Shown here: positions 45,079 to 53,406 of the stretch, piece by piece
How the letters are laid out: every line of letters begins with the position of its first letter
Numbering within the stretch: position 1 is the first letter of the stretch
Notes under the pieces: model-generated
What the model saw: the letters and a program-made list of their open reading frames with translations, nothing else
What the model was told of the DNA's origin: nothing
Database searches by the model: none
Position numbers and translations under genes: made by a program
Source: a virus
Reading direction: 5' to 3' (one strand)
UHGV virus genome: UHGV-0348865
Length of the DNA: 64,000 nt

Positions 45079-45507
45079 TTGAAGATAGAGTTAGAATACC
45101 CCTTCGTCAATGACTGGCGATTGGGTTACTTAAGAACAAGTAGAGATGGTAGGAAGCGTGTTGATTTGTACAACTCCGACACGGAAAGGACAACCATTTC
45201 TTACGCAAGATATTTAATGTCTTGTTATGTGGGTAGATACTTAACTTCAGAGGAAGAGGTTGATCATATTGATCAGGACTCAACCAATGATGAGATTTCC
45301 AACTTACAGATTCTAAGTATCAGTGAACATTTAGAGAAGACATTAAAACATAGGGTTAAGGGTGCAGTATCAATCTTGACTTGTGCCAACTGTGGTGTAC
45401 TTTTCGAACGGAGAGAAAATAAAATACACAAAAAGAATCAGAATTATTTTTGTAGCAGATCTTGCAACGGTAAGTATTACTGGAGCAATGGTTTCAATAA
45501 CAAATGA
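45079..45507 (+). CDS. HNH endonuclease (homing-endonuclease-like)
   Basis: HNH core EVDHIDQDSTNDEISNLQIL plus a C-terminal Cys cluster (CANCG ... CSRSC); immediately 5' of the tRNA-like element. Confidence 0.6.
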   Translation: MKIELEYPFVNDWRLGYLRTSRDGRKRVDLYNSDTERTTISYARYLMSCYVGRYLTSEEEVDHIDQDSTNDEISNLQILSISEHLEKTLKHRVKGAVSILTCANCGVLFERRENKIHKKNQNYFCSRSCNGKYYWSNGFNNK

Positions 45508-45518
45508 GAGTTCTTAAT

Positions 45519-45597
45519 GGGGGTGTACCTCACCCGTCTTCTAAACGGGCGTTAATCGAGTAATTGGAGTATGCAGGTTCGAGTCCTGTCTCCCCCT
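45519..45597 (+). ncRNA. tRNA-like element (non-canonical; anticodon-like hairpin with UCU plus T-arm)
   Basis: Hairpin CCCGT-CTTCTAA-ACGGG (7-nt loop, U33/A37-like positions, UCU centre); T-arm GCAGG-TTCGAGT-CCTGT; GGGGG...CCCCC closing helix. Spacing does not fit a standard cloverleaf. Confidence 0.3.
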
Positions 45598-45620
45598 CTA
45601 AGAACTCTTGGAGAATGTTT

Positions 45621-45944
45621 ATGTTTAAAAAAGTATTATTACTATGTACTCTCTCACTAAGCCCTCTGGTTATGTCAGCTGATTTGAATTTCCTAGATGG
45701 GTCTTCCTCTTATTTAAAAAGAGAGAGAGGTTTGGTTAACAGTAGAACTCCTGATGAGGGATATTTTGTTGGATATACAACCTCCACTACACGAAATATT
45801 GCTAATTGTAGCTCATCGGGAACCTTAAACAAAGTTGTGTGGGAGGTTGTTGCTTTATACATTGAACAGCATCCTGAGAGACGTCATCTAAGCAATGATG
45901 ATCTTATCATAGAGGCTGTAAACAACGCTTGGTGTAATAAATAA
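45621..45944 (+). CDS. secreted protein with cleavable signal peptide
   Basis: Start at the ATG after GGAGA; signal peptide MFKKVLLLCTLSLSPLVMSA followed by a polar mature domain. Confidence 0.55.
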   Translation: MFKKVLLLCTLSLSPLVMSADLNFLDGSSSYLKRERGLVNSRTPDEGYFVGYTTSTTRNIANCSSSGTLNKVVWEVVALYIEQHPERRHLSNDDLIIEAVNNAWCNK

Positions 45945-45960
45945 ACCATAGGAGGTGCTT

Positions 45961-46242
45961 ATGAGTTGGGGTGGTGTAATATCCTTAATCTGTATCTTCC
46001 TTGTCTGTGTGGCCCTTACAGGCTGCGTACAGAGCCGTCCTGATGGATGGTGTGCATTATCTGTTGAAGGTGTGTGCGTATCTCGTTGGCATAAGGGTGA
46101 GAAGGTTCCTTCTGGTGAAATTGATATGCGTTACAGTGGTATCTCATGCCTGAATGGTGCAGCAGTAGATGAGGAGACTAAAACCTTGTCAGATGCGCAG
46201 TGGTGTGGTGGCTCTGTAACAACAACCGGTAAGGAGTGGTAA
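45961..46242 (+). CDS. putative lipoprotein (lipobox LTGC), Cys-rich
   Basis: AGGAGG RBS; N-terminal hydrophobic segment ending in ALTGC; several further Cys in the mature part. Confidence 0.55.
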   Translation: MSWGGVISLICIFLVCVALTGCVQSRPDGWCALSVEGVCVSRWHKGEKVPSGEIDMRYSGISCLNGAAVDEETKTLSDAQWCGGSVTTTGKEW

Positions 46243-46243
46243 C

Positions 46244-46492
46244 ATGACAGCTCATTATTGGAATACAAAGAAGCTCCTTGAAGAGATGGCTGGAGTTAGT
46301 AAGTTCCAGTTAAATTCCATGCTTCGAATGGATGCTCGCTCTTTACGCTTCCAAGTAAAGATTGGTAACTTCAGCGATGGCCTTTACTACACACTGAAGG
46401 AAAGGATTAAGAAGACTCACTTCATCATATATGGACTCAAACCGAGAACATATGTTAACTACATGTATTGGGATACATGCTACGATAATTGA
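46244..46492 (+). CDS. hypothetical small protein
   Basis: 82-aa ORF; contains a CGCTCTTT copy. Confidence 0.4.
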   Translation: MTAHYWNTKKLLEEMAGVSKFQLNSMLRMDARSLRFQVKIGNFSDGLYYTLKERIKKTHFIIYGLKPRTYVNYMYWDTCYDN

Positions 46493-46499
46493 GGTTATT

Positions 46500-46721
46500 A
46501 TGAAACTAGACTCTAAGCAGTCACTTAAAACCGTTGAGCTGTCCACGCTGCCAAACGGAAGTATTTTTGGTCATGATAAACACTTCTGGATTAAAACAGA
46601 CATCATAAACGATGGATATATCACCTGTGTCAATCTTTGGAACGGCTCAGTGGATGGTTATCGCCCTAGCACAAAGGTGGTCCCTCAGCCTGATGCTAAG
46701 GCTGTAGGTTTAGTTTACTAA
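46500..46721 (+). CDS. small paralogous early protein family member
   Basis: Start at internal Met after GAGG; LPNGSIFGH ... CVNLWNGSV pattern. Confidence 0.5.
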   Translation: MKLDSKQSLKTVELSTLPNGSIFGHDKHFWIKTDIINDGYITCVNLWNGSVDGYRPSTKVVPQPDAKAVGLVY

Positions 46722-46730
46722 GGAGTTCAT

Positions 46731-46904
46731 ATGAGCTGTTATGGTGGCGGTGAAGTATACGATGACGATGATATGGAATCTAACGATACATGCCCTGATT
46801 GTGGGTGCGAAACATTTGATGGAGTGTCAGTATATCCTACCTGTAGTTATTCACCAGTGATCTGTAAAACATGTGGAGATCAACCTTGTGATGAGTCTTG
46901 TTAG
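46731..46904 (+). CDS. small acidic Cys-rich protein (57 aa)
   Basis: AAGGAG RBS; Cys pairs CPDCGC ... CKTCGDQPC; below the track cutoff. Confidence 0.4.
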   Translation: MSCYGGGEVYDDDDMESNDTCPDCGCETFDGVSVYPTCSYSPVICKTCGDQPCDESC

Positions 46905-47133
46905 TGTGTTAATAGCCTATCTGATAGGATCAGTAGTATCAGGTGTTCTGATTAAGATTATAGATGTTAAAGGAAATCAGTGTTTCCGAGATTGGGATGG
47001 TGAGCCAGACCTCGGAAAGATAGCAGCTATGGTTTTCTTGTGGCCTATTATTGCTGTACTATTTATAGCACTCGTAGCATGGGCTGCTCTTTGGGATTTC
47101 ATCCTTCCTAACAAAAAGTATGAGGACTCATGA
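46891..47133 (+). CDS. small membrane protein (two predicted TM segments)
   Basis: Hydrophobic stretches LVSVLIAYLIGSVVSGVLI and MVFLWPIIAVLFIALVAWAAL; start ambiguous (GTG 46873 or ATG 46891). Confidence 0.45.
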   Translation: MSLVSVLIAYLIGSVVSGVLIKIIDVKGNQCFRDWDGEPDLGKIAAMVFLWPIIAVLFIALVAWAALWDFILPNKKYEDS

Positions 47134-47734
47134 CTAAAGAATTTTTAGAGTGGTTTGGTGATACCTTCAAAGAGTATCTATTCTCTCCAGAAGACTTTGA
47201 AGAACTGAAAACCTACACTTGGTTGGCTTGGAGAGATAGCCGACGAGAGATGAATAAGTAATATCGTGAAGGATTCTTACGAGAGTCCTTTGAGATAGGA
47301 CTTCAGATCTCCTATCAAACTAACATTCATGTAACTAGCCCATAAGGGCGTTACCCTTTAATAACCCAGCCCACTAAGGGGGCGGGAGTTTAGTGCTGGA
47401 TTAGCATAACGCTTATTCCTACAAAGGCAACCGATTGTTAGATCTTACATGCAATATTAATTAATAGGATATGGGAGGGTTCGTCCCCTCCCCCTATTTA
47501 TAAATTATCAGGAGAGTGCATTAGCTGATTAGCTGTAGAAGGGAGGCCGATACTACAGTGTGGCCCAGAGCTAGTGTACTCTCCTGATGAGGCACCTCCT
47601 CATCGTGGTAAGCTGTGGAATGATCTTTACAGTAGTTACTTGAAGTAGCCTGTACGGCCCTCAGCAAAGAGTCCGGACGATATCTGAGTGACTTTAAAAA
47701 CAGATGGAGCCAGGTGGAATCCCTGGCAATTAAT

Positions 47735-47878
47735 TACAGGTATAGCTTATGTGACCCAGTAATGCAGAGTCTACGGTAAAGCAGTCGCCCGTGGTCGAAT
47801 GACCGTATGCCCATTGGATGCATTCCTTTGGTGATGGCTAGGGAGTCCGAGCGTAGGTTCGAATCCTACACCTGTAAT
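47735..47878 (+). ncRNA. structured RNA-like element with tRNA-type T-arm and 8-bp closing helix
   Basis: 3' end GTAGG-TTCGAAT-CCTAC immediately followed by ACCTGTAA, complementary to TTACAGGT about 140 nt upstream; too long for a plain tRNA. Confidence 0.3.
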
Positions 47879-47908
47879 CAAATTGAATAATATCTAATTG
47901 GAGGATGT

Positions 47909-48220
47909 ATGAAAGCACGAAGAACTATATGGACTCCGATGCAGATTGAAAATCTTCGGAGACTAATCAAAGAGTACTCGGTTCAAGAAGTTGCTCAGAT
48001 CATGAATGTAACGGAGAATGCCGTTAACACAGCTTGCACTAAGTTTGGTATATCAAGAGCTTCAATCCGAGTTAAGTGGTCTAAAGAAGAAGATCAGTTC
48101 CTTATCCGTAATGCTGGGTTCATGCCTATCCAGAGAATGGCTGACATGCTCGGTAGAAGTTATGCTGCTGTGCAGAACAGGGCATGTATGCACCTTAACA
48201 TTAGCCTAAAACTTAAATAG
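47909..48220 (+). CDS. DNA-binding protein with two HTH-like repeats
   Basis: Two internally repeated segments (WTPMQIENLRRL...VAQIMNVTENAV and WSKEEDQFLIRN...MADMLGRSYAAVQNR); GGAGGA RBS. Confidence 0.5.
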   Translation: MKARRTIWTPMQIENLRRLIKEYSVQEVAQIMNVTENAVNTACTKFGISRASIRVKWSKEEDQFLIRNAGFMPIQRMADMLGRSYAAVQNRACMHLNISLKLK

Positions 48221-48228
48221 GAATCAAT

Positions 48229-48474
48229 ATGAAGATCATCCCAAAGATTAAAGATAACACTGTTTCACTGGCTACAATTATTCCCGGAAACCCTTTCGTA
48301 GTTCAGAGAGGAACAGCATCTCCTCAGTATTACATCCGTGTCAGTAACGTGTCCAACAAAATCTCTGTAGAAGAGGGTTGGATTACGACAGTAAATCTAC
48401 TGACTGGTGTACTGGGTGTTATGAAAAGTGATGCCCCAGTTGAAGTGATTCGTATGTCTGTGGTTCAGGAGTAA
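48229..48474 (+). CDS. small paralogous early protein family member
   Basis: IPGNPFVVQ ... TTVNLLTGVLGV pattern. Confidence 0.5.
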   Translation: MKIIPKIKDNTVSLATIIPGNPFVVQRGTASPQYYIRVSNVSNKISVEEGWITTVNLLTGVLGVMKSDAPVEVIRMSVVQE

Positions 48475-48481
48475 TAAGTAG

Positions 48482-48730
48482 ATGAGCACCATTAATATTA
48501 AAGTTAAGCATAAGAAAGAGAACATCCTCAGGGTTATGGATTTATTCAGAGCCGACGTCTTTACTTTAAAACAGTGTCCAACTTCCCATACCTACATGCT
48601 AACGAACCCGAGCAATGGTCTTAAGCCCGCTGGGGCGGTTAATCTGGGAACTGGAGAACTTCGGACAATTGCTGGTGATATGGTTGTTGATGAGAAGTTT
48701 AGTAAAGTCGAAATGATCTTGACTCCTTAG
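48482..48730 (+). CDS. small paralogous early protein family member
   Basis: RADVFTLK ... AGAVNLGTGELRT pattern. Confidence 0.5.
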   Translation: MSTINIKVKHKKENILRVMDLFRADVFTLKQCPTSHTYMLTNPSNGLKPAGAVNLGTGELRTIAGDMVVDEKFSKVEMILTP

Positions 48731-48867
48731 GAAAACAAATGAGACTTAAAGCATATTCTTATGACGATATGATTAACCAAAAAGGCTTCGGTCAACGACA
48801 GCCTGACGGTTCAATTATCTGGTTCGTAAATGGACAGAAAAAGGTAGCTAAATAAGCCCTCTTCTCT

Positions 48868-48915
48868 CCTCCTTTTAGTACTATGACGCCTCTCTGTGGG
48901 CGGCCCAATTTGCGT
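48868..48915 (+). repeat. conserved TTTTAGTACTATGACGC element, copy 2
   Basis: CTCCTTTTAGTACTATGACGCCTCTCTGTGGGCGG; same intergenic context. Confidence 0.45.
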
Positions 48916-48961
48916 AGGGAATTCCCTCTACGCAGCCATGACTTTTTAAGGAATTTCCCCT

Positions 48962-49195
48962 ATGTCTAAAGTAAGCGCAATCGATGCAATCCGTCAACCG
49001 TTCCAGTTCCAATCTAAATCAACCCAAACCTTCAGTGAGCCTAAGCAAATTCGCTTGGGTGGCACAGAGAAAACTGTGTTTGATCTGGCTAAAAACAAGA
49101 GTGTTACCGTGGTTGATGGTGGCACTCTGGTTAACGTTTCCCATCGTATCCGCACTGGCAAAACTGCCAAAGATCGTGCTAAGAAAGGTGAGTAA
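48962..49195 (+). CDS. hypothetical small basic protein
   Basis: 77-aa ORF; stop overlaps the next gene's ATG. Confidence 0.4.
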   Translation: MSKVSAIDAIRQPFQFQSKSTQTFSEPKQIRLGGTEKTVFDLAKNKSVTVVDGGTLVNVSHRIRTGKTAKDRAKKGE

Positions 49196-49437
49196 TGAAA
49201 ATAGGGAAACCAGCTAAGGATGTTCTAGCGAAGATTAGTGATATCTCTACTGGGGAAGTTTTCTCAGCAGAGCACTTTTCAAGTTACTACATGAAAATCC
49301 CTGACACTAAAGTAGAGGGTTGCATCATCCCTGCCAACGCAGTTAACCTGAACACAGGACATTTGTCTGCATTCAAACCTGATTCACAGGTTACTGAAAT
49401 CAAAGATGCCTACCTTGCCTTTGGTGGAGATAAATAG
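49195..49437 (+). CDS. small paralogous early protein family member
   Basis: STGEVFSAEH ... ANAVNLNTGHLSA pattern. Confidence 0.5.
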   Translation: MKIGKPAKDVLAKISDISTGEVFSAEHFSSYYMKIPDTKVEGCIIPANAVNLNTGHLSAFKPDSQVTEIKDAYLAFGGDK

Positions 49438-49438
49438 C

Positions 49439-49654
49439 ATGATAACACTCGTGTCTGTCGTTTACAGATTACACTACCGTCTGGATAAAGGAAAATCCTA
49501 TAAATGCAAGAGTAAGACAGGGAATCGATGCTCTGTAGAGAACAACTCTGGTCAATGGGTGGATGTTCCTTGTTGCTGGTTCAGGAAAGATTTGACTAGC
49601 AAAGAGATTGACGAAATTCTTAGTGATGATTTTGTAAAATCAGGCGATTTTTAG
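49439..49654 (+). CDS. hypothetical small Cys-containing protein
   Basis: Start moved to the internal ATG just after the upstream stop; CKSKTGNRC ... PCC pattern. Confidence 0.4.
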   Translation: MITLVSVVYRLHYRLDKGKSYKCKSKTGNRCSVENNSGQWVDVPCCWFRKDLTSKEIDEILSDDFVKSGDF

Positions 49655-49662
49655 ATAGAGTG

Positions 49663-49790
49663 ACACTTATAGCCTTCCCTCCGGAGGGCTATGTGAGTTA
49701 TTCTGACTCAACTAACCTAATCTTAATATATTTCCCGTATGGGGCCGATGCTAGGGAGAGGAATAATCCTCGAACATCCGTCGGATAGAT
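49663..49790 (+). repeat. conserved about 120-nt intergenic element, copy 2
   Basis: Same three boxes as 43214-43335; palindromic inner stem CCCTCCGGAGGG. Confidence 0.5.
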
Positions 49791-49893
49791 ATTTTAAGAG
49801 CAGGTTATCCACAGATATTGGGTAATATCTTTTTTTGAATTTAAAGCTTGGCTCTTTTCGGAGAGTCCTTTTTTAAATTCAATGAGAGGAAAT

Positions 49894-50046
49894 ATGTCTA
49901 AATTAGATTTAAAACTGCTAGCAGCAGCGGTAGTGATTTGTGCACTAGCACTGGTAACGCAGAGAACATCTGGATTTATTCAGTGTTTCTTTTCTGGGCA
50001 ATCCACTTATCAGTGGGTTATTGACGAGTGTAAACAACAGGAGTAA
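49894..50046 (+). CDS. small membrane/secreted peptide (50 aa)
   Basis: GAGAGGA RBS; hydrophobic LLAAAVVICALALV segment; below the track cutoff. Confidence 0.35.
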   Translation: MSKLDLKLLAAAVVICALALVTQRTSGFIQCFFSGQSTYQWVIDECKQQE

Positions 50047-50048
50047 GT

Positions 50049-50411
50049 ATGAATACACGTCCCATTAAGGGCAACGTTAATATTGAAACTCTGAACAAGG
50101 TTGCATCAAATCTCGGTGGAATGTCCAACGATGAGCTTGAGCAAGAACTTGCTTGGATTGCAAATGGTATCAAAGTTGCTAAAGGTAAGATTGCTCGTGA
50201 GCAAAGCAACATGAAAGCTCACAAGTATATCATCCGTCGTGCAAATGTGTTACCAGAGCGGGTTGTACATCTTGCCCGTAAAAACTACGCAGAAGCAAAG
50301 AAAGCGCTGGAAGAAGCTACTTTCCAGAAGCACCAATTTATGAACAACTATCGAAACTTCCGAGATATTCTTTATATCCGTAAGTCGATTGAGTTGATTA
50401 AAAACCAATAG
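50049..50411 (+). CDS. hypothetical protein
   Basis: 120-aa basic helical ORF. Confidence 0.45.
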   Translation: MNTRPIKGNVNIETLNKVASNLGGMSNDELEQELAWIANGIKVAKGKIAREQSNMKAHKYIIRRANVLPERVVHLARKNYAEAKKALEEATFQKHQFMNNYRNFRDILYIRKSIELIKNQ

Positions 50412-50422
50412 AGGTTGGTATA

Positions 50423-51616
50423 ATGTTTCCAGTAACATTAGAAGATACTGAAGGTAATGTTTTAACGGTCAACCCTCCTTGTTATGGGTTCCTTCAGCTT
50501 CGCAACTATAATGGTGGCGTTGATGAAGACGACGAAGATGATGACTACTTCGACCCTAACATGTATGAGGCAACTCATGGATGGAATATGCACGTTCGAG
50601 TGTGGCATAAAGAAGCCAACGTTCGTAGTGCTGACGGGGAAGAATTCTTGTTAAGCCGAGAGATGGATATGTGTAAAATCAAGCATATCTGGAACTCCGG
50701 AACTCATATGAAGATGTTAGGTTTTAGACGTTGGCGTGATGAAAAACCTGTATCCGCAGCTTTAGGTTGGGGTGCAATTGATCACGAAGGCGAGCTTAAA
50801 AATAACATTGAGCACTGGAACGACAAAAACCCTGAACATCGAACCACACCTCGTGCTGTACTGGAAGCTATGGAAGCATTTGTGGACAAAGATCGTCCCT
50901 CCTGTTTACGCTGGCACGAGAAAGGTTTTATGGGGGTAGCAACTGAGAACGTTCCTGCTGATCGTTGTCTGTTCTATTTGATGTTAGACCGAACCTTCTA
51001 TTGTGAAGATGAAGAGAGTCAAGTTGAAACCTTCCTTCATAAATGGTTGGTTGAAGGTTGGACAATCCTTCAAGCTTATGTCTACTCACGAATGGTTAGC
51101 ACTCACACTAACCTCTTGGGAGAAAAGAAAGCAACTCTGGTTGGTAACGATTGGGATGCTTGTATTTTCCCAGCGTCACTATTTACGGTTGGCATGGCTG
51201 ATAAATATGCCGAAGCATTTAAAGTGCCTTGGCGTCAACAGTCATATAGAGATGGTTGTGGTCACTTTCGTGATGAAGACTTTAAGTGGATTCATTATGA
51301 GAATGATGAAACAGCAGAGCTACGAGTGAACAACTCAATGTTCTTGCCGGTTATGCACCCTGATCTAGTAAAAGATGAGTCAGAAATACTCAAAGGTGAC
51401 AACCTTCTGGTTACCTTTGCTCGTCGGGTATCTAAAGATGAAAGAACAGCTGACAGATTAGTCTACGCTTATCGCGCTGAGACTAAAGATATGTTCAATA
51501 TTTATAATATTGTTCAGCGATTCAGTAGCGGAACTCTGGACCAAAGTTCGGAGTATTCAGTGATTCCGTCCTCTGAGTGGGATGGTATTATGAGCGGATT
51601 ATTTTTAGGAAAATAA
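50423..51616 (+). CDS. hypothetical protein, first gene of the amidoligase-type cluster
   Basis: 397 aa with an acidic N-terminal run (DEDDEDDDYFD); tightly packed with the downstream genes. Confidence 0.45.
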   Translation: MFPVTLEDTEGNVLTVNPPCYGFLQLRNYNGGVDEDDEDDDYFDPNMYEATHGWNMHVRVWHKEANVRSADGEEFLLSREMDMCKIKHIWNSGTHMKMLGFRRWRDEKPVSAALGWGAIDHEGELKNNIEHWNDKNPEHRTTPRAVLEAMEAFVDKDRPSCLRWHEKGFMGVATENVPADRCLFYLMLDRTFYCEDEESQVETFLHKWLVEGWTILQAYVYSRMVSTHTNLLGEKKATLVGNDWDACIFPASLFTVGMADKYAEAFKVPWRQQSYRDGCGHFRDEDFKWIHYENDETAELRVNNSMFLPVMHPDLVKDESEILKGDNLLVTFARRVSKDERTADRLVYAYRAETKDMFNIYNIVQRFSSGTLDQSSEYSVIPSSEWDGIMSGLFLGK

Positions 51617-51626
51617 AAGGTTAGTT

Positions 51627-52598
51627 ATGTCAATCTCCACAACGATCGTACCTCTTAATCTTCAACAAGATTTAGGGGAACAGAAGTTCTTAGGTCGTGG
51701 GTGCTTCGGTATCCACAACTACATGCAAGGTCAAGTCGTAGCTGATATTAATGGTGAAACTATCTCGGAAGAAGGGCGTTATCGTCGTTTCAACCGAGAT
51801 ATCAACTTGCAACTGGAGATGTTGAATTACTGGACTCACTCTTTTCATGGTCATATTGCATCTGATATTGAAAAGAACTTGGTTGAAACAGCAGACACTA
51901 TGAACTCTATGTCTTGCTATCGTGACGTATTTACAATTACTTCAGCGAATAGTGTTTCTGTCAACCTTCGTGAGCATCCAGCAGATCAAATCTTCACAGG
52001 ACTTATGCTCTTCCGTAGCATTCTGGAAGGGCAGTATCGTGGAATGGATTTCCTAGTAGAAGGAATTGAAGACAGGGAAGAGTGGCTGAAGCGTAAACGC
52101 ATCGGTATAGCTCTAGTGTTAGCTGGGTTGGGTCGTGACTTCTTCGGTGGATGGTCTCAACGAGGAAGAGCCAATGGGAGTAGTGAGAGCACATCTATTG
52201 TTATTAACAATAACATGTCAGCAGCAGCTTTCCTTCCTTTGGTTGTAGACTCTGATGAATATACGAAGCAAGTGTGGGTTCAAAACCCCTTCGGTGTTGG
52301 CGACAATGAGAATGGTTATGTTCGTAACCACAACCAAGATGCCTTACGAAGATTTGCTCGTGCTAAAGATCAAGACCCGGACGAGTATGAAACAATGTCA
52401 GAGTGGTTAAGACTCTGGTCCAACTGTTATGGTCACAAACGTGAATCAATAGACGACAAGTTGGGAAACATTACAGTACAAAACTTTACATCCCGACTGA
52501 TTCAAAGAACTGGAGCAGATTCCGGTCTTACTCTTGAAGAAGTTGGTAACACAATCTCATCTCTCTTTTCTGAACTAGTGGAGTATTACAATGACTAA
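51627..52598 (+). CDS. hypothetical protein (cluster member)
   Basis: 323 aa; end overlaps the next gene's start. Confidence 0.45.
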   Translation: MSISTTIVPLNLQQDLGEQKFLGRGCFGIHNYMQGQVVADINGETISEEGRYRRFNRDINLQLEMLNYWTHSFHGHIASDIEKNLVETADTMNSMSCYRDVFTITSANSVSVNLREHPADQIFTGLMLFRSILEGQYRGMDFLVEGIEDREEWLKRKRIGIALVLAGLGRDFFGGWSQRGRANGSSESTSIVINNNMSAAAFLPLVVDSDEYTKQVWVQNPFGVGDNENGYVRNHNQDALRRFARAKDQDPDEYETMSEWLRLWSNCYGHKRESIDDKLGNITVQNFTSRLIQRTGADSGLTLEEVGNTISSLFSELVEYYND

Positions 52599-53397
52599 GC
52601 GCAAATTCCTCATCGGCTCTGACCCTGAAATGTTCGTTCGTACTAGCAACGGTATCATCACCTCTGTAGCTGGTCTATTAGGCTGTTCTAAGGACGATAA
52701 GATCACTCTGGCTAAGGATGTTCGTCTTCAAGAGGACAACGTACTGGCTGAGTTTGACATTGACCCACAGAGCAGCTTTGAGGCGTTTAACGATAACATG
52801 CAACGTGGTATTGATCTCACTAACAATGTCCTGAACAAACTGGACATGGAAACAGCTCCGGGTGTTAGCTCTCACATCTTCACTGAAGAAGAGATGAAGA
52901 CCTTTAATGAATCAGCGTTCATCTTCGGGTGCACTCCTGATTTCAACGCCTTCACTGGTCAGAAAAACCCATCCCCGACTTCTCAGAATAAGGGACTTCG
53001 TACTGCCGGTGGTCACGTACATCTTGGCGTAGTTGGTGCTTTGGATATCACTCTGCAAACTCAGATGATGCTGGGTGTGTTGTGTGACTACTTCCTGTCT
53101 CTCCCAGCAGTAATTATGGACAAAGATACTCGCCGTAAAGAACTCTACGGTAAAGCATCTGCAATCCGTTATAAAGACTATGGTATTGAATACCGTTCGC
53201 TGTCTAACTTCTGGATTAGTGATCGTGAAAACCGTAAGTTTGTTTACGATCAGGTTGACAAGGTTGTTCAGCAGTGTGATATGTCCACTCTGATGGCATT
53301 GCACTCTCGCCTTCCGATTGAGAAGCTTCATGAAATCATTAACGGGAACAACGTTAAAGAAGCTGACCAGCAGATCAAACTCCTTCAGGTAGCATAA
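52591..53397 (+). CDS. putative amidoligase (glutamine-synthetase/GCS2-like carboxylate-amine ligase fold)
   Basis: N-terminal LIGSDPEMFV strand and internal TAGGHVHLGV motif resemble metal/ATP-binding motifs of GS-like amidoligases. Confidence 0.4.
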   Translation: MTKRKFLIGSDPEMFVRTSNGIITSVAGLLGCSKDDKITLAKDVRLQEDNVLAEFDIDPQSSFEAFNDNMQRGIDLTNNVLNKLDMETAPGVSSHIFTEEEMKTFNESAFIFGCTPDFNAFTGQKNPSPTSQNKGLRTAGGHVHLGVVGALDITLQTQMMLGVLCDYFLSLPAVIMDKDTRRKELYGKASAIRYKDYGIEYRSLSNFWISDRENRKFVYDQVDKVVQQCDMSTLMALHSRLPIEKLHEIINGNNVKEADQQIKLLQVA

Positions 53398-53406
53398 GAG
53401 GTTATC

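Noticed and set aside
45564-45620. N-terminal extension of the 126-aa track ORF
   Set aside because: It overlaps the tRNA-like element and has no RBS; the signal-peptide Met preceded by GGAGA is the likelier start.
47790-47878. Canonical class-II tRNA call for the T-arm-containing segment
   Set aside because: I could not find a 5' acceptor strand, D-arm and anticodon arm at standard spacing; only the T-arm and a long-range closing helix are clear, so it is reported as a tRNA-like structured element.
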